From: Phallusia mammillata
Taxonomy: Eukaryota
Direction: 5' to 3'
DNA length: 64,000 nt
Assembly: GCA_965637545.1 (NCBI GenBank)
Contig: OZ281500.1
Location: 2,418,001-2,482,000 of the forward strand
Under the pieces are notes generated by a model that saw nothing but the letters and a program-made list of their open reading frames with translations, was not told the DNA's origin and did no database searches. A program made the position numbers and the translations under genes. Shown piece after piece: positions 1-12,847 of the stretch. How positions within the stretch are numbered: position 1 is the first letter of the stretch; every line of letters begins with the position of its first letter.

Positions 1-1089
1 CCCTCGTGATTTTAATCGCGCCATTGTTCTTTACAGTTGATGTTGTTTAGTATCAAAATTTTACCTGTAGCCATGCTTTGTATACTGTAGCAAAACATGG
101 TGAAATAGAACTTATATGTAAAGGAACGTGAAAGAATGGTTCATCACTAACGAAAACCGCATCACTTACCGGTTTGACTTCAAGTCAAGTTCTATAAAAT
201 TTAAAATAGTCTGAATAGACATAATCCGCTCTCTTTTAATGCCTAAGTGTCCCAGCCTATCCTATCTGTTTTGCAACAGGGCGTACTGGTTACCGCACAC
301 ACACGAGCGTAAAACGCTGGCTGTCTGGGGATTGTATGCGGCGCGTACTTTCTTGACACTAGCAGACTTGCTCAAAACCACACGCGGCACGTATATTGAT
401 CTAGTTGACGCAATTCGTGCCTAAGGTCGGTTTAATACTTTCTCCATTCACTCAAATTCGTGTCAAGTCACTTTTTTTGTTCATTTTGACGCGATTGCAG
501 GTATGCCCACTTGATATTGTTTTACATTGCTTTTTTGAAGGCTTGATCAGATATCAGTATATCAGACTTTGAAACATCCGTTTCCTAAAAAAATATGTAT
601 TTTGTGAATTATTGATGAATATAGAGGATTCAATCTTTGTTTCAAAATGAGTTTGGCAAAGTTAGGGGGCACTGCTTAAGCTTTGGGTTTATGTTGTTGC
701 GTAAGTAATTTGAATTGTTATAACTATTGGGCTCGTGCCGTATGCAACTGAACCTGTTTTTTTTGCTCAATGAGTACATCTAGTGGCTGTTTACTTTAAA
801 GTTATCACCAATGTAAAACACGAGTATGGTGGATATAGTAGTTTTTTACCTTTACTTTTCTGCACTTGGACCAGTAGCTCCAGGAGTCATATTAAGGCAA
901 ATGGGAATAACAGTCTATAGACTTATCCCTGGCATTACCTTTTTACGATTGTAATCCTTCCCATTGATCTATGACCTTTAGACGTTTTTTTTTCAGGTGT
1001 TATCACTGTTAGTAAAAACTGTTAGATTGTTTCTAGTGTTGGTATATTAGCGGATAATCATTTATACTTTTCTGGTATAACGCTGACAT
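1..1089. repeat. Segmental duplicate of 48678-49756 (5' flank of an NTase-TPR gene)
   Basis: Position 1 (ccctcgtgattttaatcgcg...) matches 48678 at offset 48677. The sequences are near-identical by eye until ...ggtataacgctgacat, and ORF 239-424 recurs at 48916-49101. Confidence 0.95.
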
Positions 1090-1133
1090 TGTTGAAATTA
1101 GTCTTGAAAAGGGGTTTTCTACTCGTGTTTCAG

Positions 1134-2768
1134 TTTTGGGCCTCATACTCAGGTACGTTTAAGTTTTTAACACCGTGGGCTTAACAACTTACAATGCAAC
1201 ATGTAAATGGTCGGTAAACTAGTTAACAGTAAACAGTGTGTAGGACATAAAGGTGGTATTACCTTGGCTTGTACGTATACTGGTCGAACATAGCCAATTT
1301 GTGTTCAAAAGCGTTAATGAAACCAATATTGAATGTTTAATACCTTGCTTATGCAATGGTCAACATTTGTTATCCAGGGTTACGACCTGGATACGGTGTT
1401 TTCTGACAAAAAGATGCTCCGTGCGATCCTGAGGATGACTAGGAGATGTAGTAGCCGGCCATTTCTTCATGACTTTCAGAAACTGGTTAGAAAAACATGA
1501 TCAAGGTAAAGCTATTATGTGAATCACCTCACCAAAGCCCTTTCAAAGTGTAATCTATGTTTTGTCCTTTTTGATGCAAAATCTTATTTGCTCCTGACTT
1601 GGTTTTATTTTTGGAAATGTATTTACTTTCCTTATGAAACGTATCATCTTATTTTTTTCATCTTTTTTAAACACTGATATTAGTGGGTCACTTTATGTAG
1701 TATTCCAAAGTTTTATTTTGGGAAATTCCCTAATGACGTCATTATACGTAAAAACGACGCGTTAAGCGCTTTGTCCAAAATTGTAAGCAGGCCCAAAACC
1801 GAAACCCGGCCCAACTTTCTGCGGTTTTTCTACCTGTCCAATTGACAGAACGACAAATTATTTTAGCAAAAGCTTTGTAGTTTTCTAAACCCGCCGCTGC
1901 TATTTAGCTTACTCAGCAAAACTGCAGTCAGGCAATCAAAATCGTTGCTTAAAAACGGACAGCAATTTCTAAAGAACTGAACGCCTTTCTGAAGCGGCAA
2001 TCCTACTGATAAGTTGCGCAATGTAACGGACGCACTAAAGTTGGTAACTGTAGAAGGCAAAAATTGTGCCTGGCGAGTAACAAATTACGTTTACCTGTGT
2101 GGGGCAAACTAATACGTGTTTGACAGGTCGAAACTGTTAAGTTATTTTAATATTAACAAAGTTAACAGAAACAATACAACATTAAACGTTTTTAACCATT
2201 TTTACTCAGTTTACATTCTTTTACTGCAAAAACAGTTGCATTTAGTACATTTAGCACTAACAAAAACCAATTAAAACCAGCGTTCTAACCAGAACGTAAC
2301 TTTCCGCTTGTTAGCGCATAAAACTCCTTGTTAAACCCTTGTTACGTCACAATTGGGGATTAGATAACAAGCGAATGCAAGAGATTGGAAGCTCACGACT
2401 TTGAGATAACGACTCCCTGTTACCACGCAACCGTAACCGAACAATTTGAGCCTATTTAATTTACCCAAAAAAATTTTGAAAAGGACCCCCCCCCCTTGGA
2501 TACGCCACTGGGTGGCGTGTTTGATGCATTTTCCCTTTGCTGGTTTTTGCTTTGAGCTTTATCAATAGCAGGCATACAAAGAGGCAACTGCTGCAGTGCC
2601 TGTCATTTGTGCTTTGCGCTAGCATACTACCGATAAAAATTTTAATAAACATCTAGTTTGTATGCTGGAATAACTATGTTCGATTTATTTGTTTACAGAA
2701 GCTGTCTATTGGCGAACTGCGTGCAGCAATTCGTCTCTATTTTAAGCTACGGAAATCTCAATTTAGTT
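1134..2768 (+). other. Cryptic exon set, unit 1 (X2 1134-1174, X3 1378-1505, X4 2699-2768)
   Basis: Each block is bounded by a pyrimidine-rich AG and a GT (ttcag|..cacc|gtggg; atccag|..tcaag|gtaaag; ttacag|..agtt|gtaagt). The blocks are homologous to exon-like blocks in other spacers. Product unidentified. Confidence 0.55.
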
Positions 2769-3385
2769 GTAAGTAAGTCTGCCTTTGATTATAGGTCTTA
2801 GTCGCCAACCGTCTGGTGATTTAACTGTGGTTCATAATAAATATTTGCCTATTTCAAAGCCACTTAATTGTCAAGATGATAACGTGTTAGACGATATTAT
2901 TTACAAACACAACAACACAGCGACCGTTTTGGAATCGTTTATATGTGGACTTTTGCACAACAAAAACCCGAAAAGGAATTTAACACGAAACTTAAATGCG
3001 CAACAAAAGGGCGAAACCTAATTTGTCAAAAAATATGTGTTATATTATCATTTTCAATCATAACTAACATTGAAACAATAGTTACTGGGTCTTGACTAAT
3101 TTGTTGATGAAACAATCGTTCCCAGTATTTATCACATATGTTTTGTGAAATAAACGTGTTATGCCACCATTTCTACCAGAGCGTAACGAACAAACGAAGA
3201 AACATCACAAATATCACAGCTGCAAAAATAACGGAAATGATTCCCACCAAAGTAAAATAAAGGGCAAAGCGTCGAAAACTTAGCGTGCACAAACAACACA
3301 CAAACAATATGACAAAATCTACGTATTGCGTGTAATATTATCAGATTTTTATCAAAACACGGTCATGGTACAGTAATAGTATCAC

Positions 3386-3958
3386 TTATGGTGGTTTATT
3401 TTGCTTTCTGTTATGTAACGCTTTTTTGAGCATCTTGTGTGCCGCACATTTTGCAAAAACGTAGCTGCGCATCGGAAAATTGTGAAATAAAGTCGAATTG
3501 GTCAAACGCTTTTGCAGAAAAGATCCTGCGTGGTAAAATATGGAAGGGGTGCCATCGTAGGATGGAGTAGGTGGCCTGATTTTTAACTCCCATTCAAATA
3601 TCGCCAACATTTCGGCGACAGCTTTACTCACCAGCTCTGCAACTGGATTTGCAGCATTAGCCAACTTCATAATATGGATGCACACGTCATCAAGATCTTT
3701 CCTAATGTCATCTACATTATCGGGCTGCCTTAATACAGCTGATGTCATTAAAGCAACACTTTGAATGAGACTGATCTTATATGGACTTTTCTCTTTGTAC
3801 GCAAGTCCCAACTGATGCAAAGTTTTTGCTGATTCTTTTGGATCGATTTCCTCTCCATTGTCATAACATTGTTTTTTCAACTTTTTTGTCAAATCATTGA
3901 TGACTACGTCTGTTATTATATCGTTCAAGCAAGCGCACGAATCTTTGCATGCACACAT
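3386..3958 (-). CDS. Copy A: internally deleted mini NTase-TPR paralog (~190 aa; N-terminal domain fused in frame to C-terminal tail, NTase and TPR array absent)
   Basis: ATG at 3958 (MCACKDS...). The N-terminus up to LVSKAVAE matches the full copies and is followed directly by the tail MLAIFEWELKIRPPT...PSIFYHAGS...RSYVFAK. The frame is open to the stop at 3386. Expression unknown. Confidence 0.7.
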   Translation of the reverse strand: MCACKDSCACLNDIITDVVINDLTKKLKKQCYDNGEEIDPKESAKTLHQLGLAYKEKSPYKISLIQSVALMTSAVLRQPDNVDDIRKDLDDVCIHIMKLANAANPVAELVSKAVAEMLAIFEWELKIRPPTPSYDGTPSIFYHAGSFLQKRLTNSTLFHNFPMRSYVFAKCAAHKMLKKALHNRKQNKPP

Positions 3959-6391
3959 ATTTTGCACTACCTGTTACACAATCCGTCCTGTAATAAAAAC
4001 ACAACCAAACATGAATCATTTTTTGTTGAAGAGTTTGTTTATTCCACAGCACTGTTTGTTTTTGGCGTATTTGTAACATATGTTTGTTCCCCTTTCATAT
4101 TTACAATGTTTAATCCTATACCAAAACGCCTTTGCAAATAACGAGGCAGTTGGATGAAAATGATGAAATACTTGCGTGATATTAATTCTCTTCAAAAATA
4201 TGTATGCAAAAATCAAGCAAAACAACTCCATTACTGCAAATATTTTGTAGTGTCAGGAACGAATGATGTTCTATCTAGATTTTTTAATTAGCCAAGTTAC
4301 TTGAAAATTAATTTTCGAGAAAAGTTTTTACCTAAATAAAGTTAATTTTTGCAAGCAACACAGCAGGTTAAAAGGAATTTGTTTTGAAACCAGATTGTTT
4401 CATTAATGTGTTTTACATACATTTTGTTTGCTATCATACTATTTCCGAAACAATTATATCTTCGCTTTTCGTCTACTCTAGCTGATTGCTAACTATAGAG
4501 TCATACAAACATCTGTAGCAAACTACATCTTTTGTTACGGTTGTTGGGTTAAAAATTTTGCGCTGCTGAGCAACACACGCCTGATCTTCAACACTTGTGA
4601 TTTTGGTTCACAAAATTCGATTTAATTATGTACAGAGGGTGCGGTTCTTTTGATGCCCAACTAACCTTTATTTAAAAAACTTCTGCACTTCCCTTACGTT
4701 TAGAAATTTACTGGCGTGAAAACGAACAAAACAAAATGTCCGACCTTTCCATCGTTGTGTTTGACGCGGTCCCCCGAACACATGATCATGAAGTAACGGT
4801 TGGTTGAACTTGACAACTAGTCTTTTAACAACGTCACGTAACTTGCCCATATGTTGGAAAAGAAAACTTGCTTTCTCGACGGCCTAATTTTAAATCATTT
4901 TATTTCATATCGGATCAACATTGGTCCTGTCATTTTCATTGACATGTTTAACGTGGTTTATAGTCTTGGTTCCTTTTTTTTTTAATTTAAATCTCAGGAT
5001 ACAAAATAATTACGCGAGTTGATCTGATATCAATGCCTTTGTGTTACGTTGCTTCGCTCTGGGCTTCCATAGTATACGCAACTTGGGTTTGTAAACTTTG
5101 TTATGAAAACCTGACACCCTCGCTTTATTCTTTGAAAAAAACATATGTAAAAATTGATTCTCACTTCTGTGCTTATATTGACTTAGCATCGAATTTGTCT
5201 AGCAGCACTAACTATAGAAAAACCTGCATGTACAGTAAAAGAACACATATTCCGAAAATTACAAAGGGCTTGGGTTTGTTGGTGACGTTTTCCGTCGTTT
5301 GGGCTATGCGATTCAATCGTCGGTCCTGAATGCGTACGGTAAGGATTTTTCGATTGTCATGTTACGCGAAACGTTTGGTTTTGCCCGCCATACGCCTCAT
5401 TGGCCCCGCTATTCTCTTCTGATCGCGTCAAATGAACATCGTACCTTTAACCAAGAATGCGCTGTATTATTTCGTCATTATTACATCATCGTTTGACAAA
5501 CCGAAAAACTATGCATCTCAGCGCATTCATGCTTGTTGTCAAATTGGTTTAGAAAATTTTACTTTTTAACTCATAGCCCATACTGTTGCCTTGCCTTGTT
5601 CACACTCTGCAGACTCTGCAGACCACATGTGATCTAGACGGATTTGTCCACATTTAAACATTGATTATTTGGTTTTGCAGGGCACAGTTTGCCATTGTAA
5701 GGTTAAATGCAGCCCAACGCCCACACCCAGTCTATGACGTCACATTTATGCCGCTAATTTAAAATGGCCAAAGAAAGTCGTTTGAAAAACTGTTCCTGCA
5801 GCAAAACCCACATCAACACGAAACTTTTGGTCAGTTCGATTTTTAAACATTTTTCGGTGTTCGTAAGCAATGTAGTTGATTAGATGTAAACATGTTAAAA
5901 GGTTGGTCATATAACATTAAGAGCCGCATATTGTAACGTGAAAGTAAATAGCATTGATTTGCACATGTTTTTGTGTAAAATCTGTCGCTTGTGTTTAAAT
6001 CGTCTGCCCGACCAACGATGCGTGTGAGTTAAAAGTTTTTACCTTTTACAACAACACTCGCTACCCGCAGCACTCTCTAAATATGCGAATGGTATATCAA
6101 ACCTCTATTGGCCATAATGTTTACCGTGTTGTAGTTCTAGAAGGATTTTTATTGATTTTGCAAAGCACTTTATCTTTTAGCTTCGAATGAATAATGCTTC
6201 GCGTATCGCGGTTGGTCATCCATGAATGCTTCAGCAGGTAGAGTTACGTAACTCGGGGTCTCGCGTAAATGTATTTACTGTCTCCGCTATGTATCGTTAC
6301 GTCATACGTCAACTTGACAAACTAACTGTTTAGGAAGCTTAAAAGGCCTTTTTTTGCAAAATGTGCCTTTACAAGATGGAAAATCTATTAA

Positions 6392-6526
6392 CACCATACC
6401 TCGCGGGAGTTACTAATGTAAATTTTGTAAAACTTGTTTCCCAACCCAACACCTCTTTAGTCGCTAAATAAATAATTCATCTCTTTACGCCACCTGTCGA
6501 AAGTTGATCGCCCGTGAGGTATGGTG
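6392..6526. mobile_element. 135-bp MITE with TTAA flanks (piggyBac-like)
   Basis: Inverted repeat ctattaacaccatacctcgcggg (6385-6407) / cccgtgaggtatggtgttaatag (6511-6533), 22/23 match. TTAA lies on both sides of CACC...GGTG termini. Confidence 0.65.
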
Positions 6527-8125
6527 TTAATAGCTCTACCTTACAAGATATGTTTACTACAATATTTGGCAGGTCGTTTGTGTGGTGTGTTTGTTAATTG
6601 TGGCAACTTTGAAACACCAGTTTAAAGAATCTGTAACTTAATCTGTTTTCACGAAACGTTTGTAACTTTAATCGGATTTATAAAGGTAAGAGCGTTTGAA
6701 CAAAAAATGCGTTTATCGACGCTTCTAGATTCCACTAGAAAAACGCTTTTGTCACGACCAGTAAAAATTTGTTGTGCGATACCGAACCTGGATTTTTTTG
6801 CTCACTGTGTACATCTAGTGGTCATGATTAACAAAGTTGTGGTGGATTTGGTAGATTGTGTTTAAAAGTTTTTAAAAGATAAATGTAAACCATTGATTGT
6901 GGTCAGTTTAATCATTCGTAGGGCACTATATGGTGGCAGGAAACGTTGTTTGCTGTTGGTTTTTATGTGCAAAGCTCAGGTTGATCACAAACATTTGCTA
7001 ATTTGCCTCAATCTACCGAAAATTCCCATTGGAAGCGTAAACCTTTATACTACTAATCAGGGATAACAACCCAGCAACCTAACAAACTGTTAAATGTCGT
7101 AGAAAGATGTGTTTCTTCGTTAAACGTGAAAACTTATGACATAACATGCTAATTTTTTATGGTATTATGTATTCTCGATGTTAATCAGCAGTTTGTCATA
7201 GTATTGTTACACACAGTGATCAATCTCCATAAACGGCGAAATACGTGTGCGTAAATCACCTGTCAAAACTGCAATTTCCGTTCGTTGCTTTTCCAAAAAT
7301 TATTTGATATTCTCTGTTTAAATATTAAAAGCCGCATTATGTGTATTGCGTTACTTTATAAACAACACTACTTTTAGGGGGGATAAATCACGCTCACCAG
7401 CACAGCGATATAAACTTTTCCCGCCACTATCCAGTGTCCACTGCGGCCTTTACATTACAAACGTATTGTGACTTCATAACGCAACTAGCTGGACGACTTG
7501 TCACTTGACTGATACGTGAAATGCATTAATGTACGTGTTTATGCATGGGGAATTGGGATTTTGGCAATAATAAGCTGCGAACCTTAACACGTACGTAGCG
7601 TGGTTTGACTCATAACGAATCAACTGACTTTACGATGTTTGCCTCCCCACATAAGATAACATATTCTAAAAAATCGACGCCTATGAAGGGATTAATTCAG
7701 GTGTTATTGTGTTCAATAATAAAGGTGAAAGCGCCTCGTTGCAACAAAACAAACTCATCTTATCATTTCATTTATCGTGTAATGACTTTCATTGCCTAAA
7801 ATTTGCTGCTTCGTGAAGACCTGTCCGCGATAAAATTTCTGTTTTAAACCGGTCCGCAGCGCCAAAAAGATTGCCGAACCCTGCTCTAGCGGACAGTTTT
7901 ATCAGTAAAATCTGCTGCATCGGGTTATTTTGCTCACTGGGTACATCTAGTGGCGATGTAATCAAGGTTTAATTCACTGGAAGAGTGTGGTAAAGAAAAA
8001 AGATTCGCAATACACTAAATGAAAAAGAGCACAGCGTGCAAAGCTAGCGTGTGGCTTTGTTTGAAAACAACACATGACCGTGGTAACATCATGCAGTGGT
8101 TTAATTTAAAATTTTGTGTTGTGTA

Positions 8126-11073
8126 TCATTCAGTAAGCATCTTGTGTGTCGCACATTTTGCAAAAACGTAACTACGTAATGGAAATCTATGAATTGTACT
8201 TGAACCGGTCAACTGCTTGTGCAAAAGAGATCCTGCATGGTAAAATATGGAGGGGGTACATTCGTAAGGGGAAGTTGGTGTCGTGATTTTTAACTTCCAT
8301 TCACACTTCGCCAACGTTCTTACAATTTGATCAAAGTTTTCTTCCACACAACAGTTCTCATACACAAACTGACAAAGTTTTATTCCATGTTTTGCGGCAG
8401 CAAGGCACTCCTTATAACGATGTAACTCACCGAGGGATATTGCAAGAGTATGTACAGCCTTTACAGATATTGAGGTCGGTTTTACGGTATTCTTATGTAG
8501 CGACTTCTTGGCAAACCTAACTGCATCTTGAAGGTGGTTGTCATACAGACTTTGTAAAGAAACGCAATGAAAAATAAAGCTGCAAAACTCGGAATCTCCG
8601 GCACCAGATAGCTCCGTTTTATTTTCTTTAAGAAACAAATTCATCTTTTTATGCCAAATATGTACTAAGAAACTTTCTGGTTCAGATGACCGTTCCAAAT
8701 TGGTCAAGCATTTGAATTTTAAATAAACAAACCTGACAATAAAATTTGTTCCTTCCTTCTCATTAAAAGTTTTAGATTTCCCTGGATTATGCAGGCAAGC
8801 AAAAGCTTCTTCGTACTTTTTTAGGCCACACAGACTAACACTTTTATTAAGGAATGCCGTGTCTAAATTAAAGTCGGTTTCTATGCGTGCATGCATTTTT
8901 AGTCTCTCGGTTATCAATTTTTTATTCACTTCAAGGGCATCGGCATAATAGCCCAAATAATTTAGACACTCATTGTAATCAATTAACAGTTCCTCGTATC
9001 TGTGACCGCTTAAAAATTCAGGAAGTTTTTGCTTGCTTTCGTTGTATGCAAGTTGTAAAAATGTTCGAGCTTTTTTATAGTCTTTGAGTCGATAATAACA
9101 TTTTCCTCTGCTTGCGTTAATTTCTACTTTAGTCACATTTTGCATGCCACTCAAATGGGCTTCATGTAACATTTTCGTGTATTCCAATGCTTCTTCGTAC
9201 TTTTCCAAATACATTAGGCTTCGGTAGCATTGCTTTAAGTAAAAACCACGAAAGCCGTACAAGTCCGGAGATTCGAGCCTTGTTATTTCGTCTTTACATA
9301 CTTCAAGGCATTTTTCAGCATCACGGCACTGAAGTAAACATATTGCTTGCGAAACTTGCAAATCCTGCCGATCTTCTGCACTGATGAACTTTAAGTTTTT
9401 ACATTCATTTACTAGGGTCAAAGCAAATTCTGTTAGATACATCATTCTCGCCAGCCATACTGCCATAAATGGCGATTCTGTAAATTCAATTGTTTTTTCT
9501 ACCACACATGCAACAACATAACTTTGAAGTTTAACTGCAATATTTATTCCATCGACAATCGCTCTACTTCCTATAGATTCTGATAGTTTTTCATTTCCGA
9601 TTGTTCATGGATTTGCCTAGGTTGATTTAAAGCGTCATTTTGGCCTGAAGTCTTTATGTACCACCTTAAACGCAGTTCACATGCAACTGCCAATGAAAAT
9701 TTAAGTTTACCATACAATGCCTTTTCCATTACTTTACGTTTCTTTAGTTCTTTAAGGATTTCAAAACAAGTGAAAGTTTTGCATTTATGCATACGTCCAA
9801 GAGCTAAAATAAAGAGTGAACAACTTCTTAGTGCAACGCGTTTTATATCAAAGTAATCAGCCAAAGTATCTGAAGGTATTTTGTACAGCACATAATCTTT
9901 GATATTTTGTTTAACTCGTTTATTGTTCATAGGCATCTGCTTTAGCGTTTCTTTGACTTTTTGTTCCCATTCCTTAGAAAGATCAGAATCGCCGAATACG
10001 AAACAAGTTGTGGTCAACATGTCTGCCAAATGATATCCGTTCTTTAAATCCTCTTCTGATTCCAAGTACTTTACCATCTCACTAACTGGTTTAATAAGCT
10101 CAGTTGTCCACGGTTTCTTCTGTGTCTTTGTTTGTCTTCCCAATGGATTCTTACTTGCTTGTGGAGCAAATCCATCAGGACGAATTCCACATGGAGTGAA
10201 TGCATCATAAAACCAATTCTTTTCTTTGTTTAAGGGATTGTTAAGACATGGAATCGTCAAGAATCTGAGAGTCGTTTCTCCCAGACGAACGAGTATCATT
10301 TGGAAAACGGTTGAAAACCATCGAAAATATTTTATAATGCTTATGTAATGTTGCTGCTTTCTGCGACGTTTTTGGGTTCCGAGTTTTCGAACTTCATCCT
10401 CCAACACAATAATGCTCTCGAAATCAGAATATGGAGTAATTTCTTTTTTTGCCAATGAACCCATTCCTACCAAAGCAAACTTACAAGGTGGTTCCCCTAT
10501 TATATTAACAGTCTGTTCTCCTATGCATCTCATTCTTTTTGTGTATTTTTTAGTAACATCATTCTGTATTTTTCTCATTTGTTTGCTTCTCTCACTCCTT
10601 TCTGTCTCAAGCATATTGCTGTTTGAGTCGTCTGGTAATGGTTCCAACTTGTCAAGTTCAACTTTTGTCTTTTTTCGTAGTATTTGAATCTTTAGTGTGA
10701 TTTTGTCAACAAATTTTGTCAGATCTGCTATTCGTTTTTTATCATTGGTTCCTTGAACAGCTTTACTCACTAGCTTTGCATCTGGATTTACAGCATTGGC
10801 CAACGTCATAATATGCATGCACACGTCATCAAGATCCTTCCTAATGTCATATGCATTGTCAGGCTGCCTTAACACAGCTGATGTCATTAAAGCAACACTT
10901 TGAATGAGACTGATCTTGTCTGGACTTTTCTCTTTGTACACAAGTCCCAACTGATGCAAAGTTTTTGCTGATTCTTTTGGATTAATTTCCTCTCCATTGT
11001 CATAACATTGTTCATATCTTAACTTATTTGCTAATTCAGTTTCTCTACTCATGTCAACTCTCGCCATAAACAT
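8126..11073 (-). pseudogene. Copy B: DUF294/GlnD-like nucleotidyltransferase + TPR gene split by one frameshift (ORFs 9571-11073 and 8126-9505; ~982 aa if one nt is restored)
   Basis: NTase motif GMGSLAKKEITPYSDFES is intact. The alternative frame across 9505-9590 reads SESIGSRAIVDGINIAVKLQSYVV, matching paralogs. One A is missing in an A5 run (T5 on + at 9587-9591), so this is either a real lesion or an assembly indel. Confidence 0.85.
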
Positions 11074-12847
11074 TCGCGCAAAGTTTTAAGCACCTATTTG
11101 GTTTAACAATCCTAAAACAAAGAAAATCGTATTTAAATTTTTATTTGTGGCGCTGTTTGTTTATCTTCATTTTTCGTGGTATTCCGCTCTTGATAACTAT
11201 CTCTCACTAATAACACTTGTGATATCACGAATGCGGAGAGAAAACTTGGTAGCTTTATATAAATACTTCGGTCTACCTTTTCTCGTCAACTATCCTAAAC
11301 AAAACCTCCAGTACGGTTTGAACAACAAAGGCAGTCCTCACCTACGACGCGTCTACATCCCGTTTCTCATGACTCGAAACAATCACTTACAAGCGTACAA
11401 ATGCTAACTGTTGTTATTCTTGATTCCAAGTCATCTGATGTTGACGATTTTTGTGGGAGATTTTGCCAACATGCATGGGAGAGTTGTTTTTCCCTTTGGG
11501 CTAGATGGCAACTTCTGTGTTTTTTCTTCAAATAGTCAGTTTAATGCTATGAAGCCGACGGCCCCTCTACCACAACATACAAGTCACTTAAAATTTGTTA
11601 ACATCGAGGCAATTTCCGCAGTGCAATAGCAACGCGATATTTCTAATTCTCTCGCTTGTAACTTTTTTATACAAAAACGTAATCGATTTAGTTAAATACC
11701 ATCGCGTGCTAAAAAAATATAAAAAAATGTGCCGTTTGAATTTCGTGGCTTGAATTTGCCAGACACAACTTTTGTTAAGGCATCAACCTTTTTATCAACA
11801 GCCTAAATACCAAGTATGCCATGCGAACATCGTACATGATTAAGTGATGGTTTGATTAAATTGGTTTTATCACCCCCGATATATTACGCAATATTTGTAA
11901 CAAATTAAAAACGAAGCTAAATAGTGCCCGTTGTAACAAGTCATTAACAACAAGTATTTAACTGGGTAACAATGGTGTTTATAGTGGGTTTAAAACCTAA
12001 CGTTTTGGGCTTTATTAGGATAAATCATGCAGAAAAATTAGCCGTTATTTAAGAAGCCCACGCTCCTTTTTTAAATCATAAACCTCACGATAAGAGAATT
12101 GCAATACATTATTTTTTGCTGTCTGAGACAAGTCGAGCGCCTCACGCAGACCAGTGTCTCTGACGTCAATCGACTTCTTTTAACACAGCTATTGTTACCA
12201 GCAAAACACGAACAACGGGCGGAGTTTTGTGAGTTTTTCCAGCTACACAAAAGATGACGTGGTTGTTGGGAGTAATGTTGCTTTTATGTTTTAACCTTTT
12301 AAAGCAAGCCCACGGTGACTGAACAAAGAATGAAACGTCACAACACCAAACGACCATGCTGTAAATGTGTTTAACAAAAATTTGGCGAATTAACAAAACC
12401 TTGTAACAGTGCCAACATGTTTCAATTGGGCGCCGAAGTAGCTTGGTTTGCAATGACATACAGAGGTTACACTTGTTGACAATGTGGTTGATTGATTTTT
12501 GCATGTCAAGTTTTTAATAAAAAAAGCAGCTCCAAGATGGCTTTTCTGTTTTAGGAAAAGGGTTTTCTAGTTGTTCATGTAAAAATAATAGCGTATTCTC
12601 TGTTTTTGTCACGCTGGCAAATTAACCGACACTCTCTTTCACGGACTAACTAAGTCGTACAGAAATCGTTTAGAAGATGATTCACACAACACAAACGTAT
12701 GTGAATAATGTCAATGCTTAAAATATAGGGTTTGAACTGAAGAATATATCCACACTGTTTCCAACACAAAGGCACAGGGAGCTACGATTAAACCCCTAAA
12801 CTGCATAAATAAAGCGAAAGTCCAGTTTTGGAGGGTTAAATGCCAAA

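Noticed and set aside
239-424. 61-aa ORF present twice (also 48916-49101)
   Set aside because: Its recurrence is explained by the recent segmental duplication. It has no recognisable motif and is absent from the more diverged flank of copy H.
2461-2510. Solo MITE-like ends (also 7871-7883 and 56925-56939)
   Set aside because: Only one terminus is visible and there is no TSD, so boundaries cannot be supported.
10412-10687. Plus-strand ORFs recurring opposite the NTase motif (also 32057-32257, 47700-47978)
   Set aside because: These are antisense shadows of conserved coding sequence, with variable starts and lengths.
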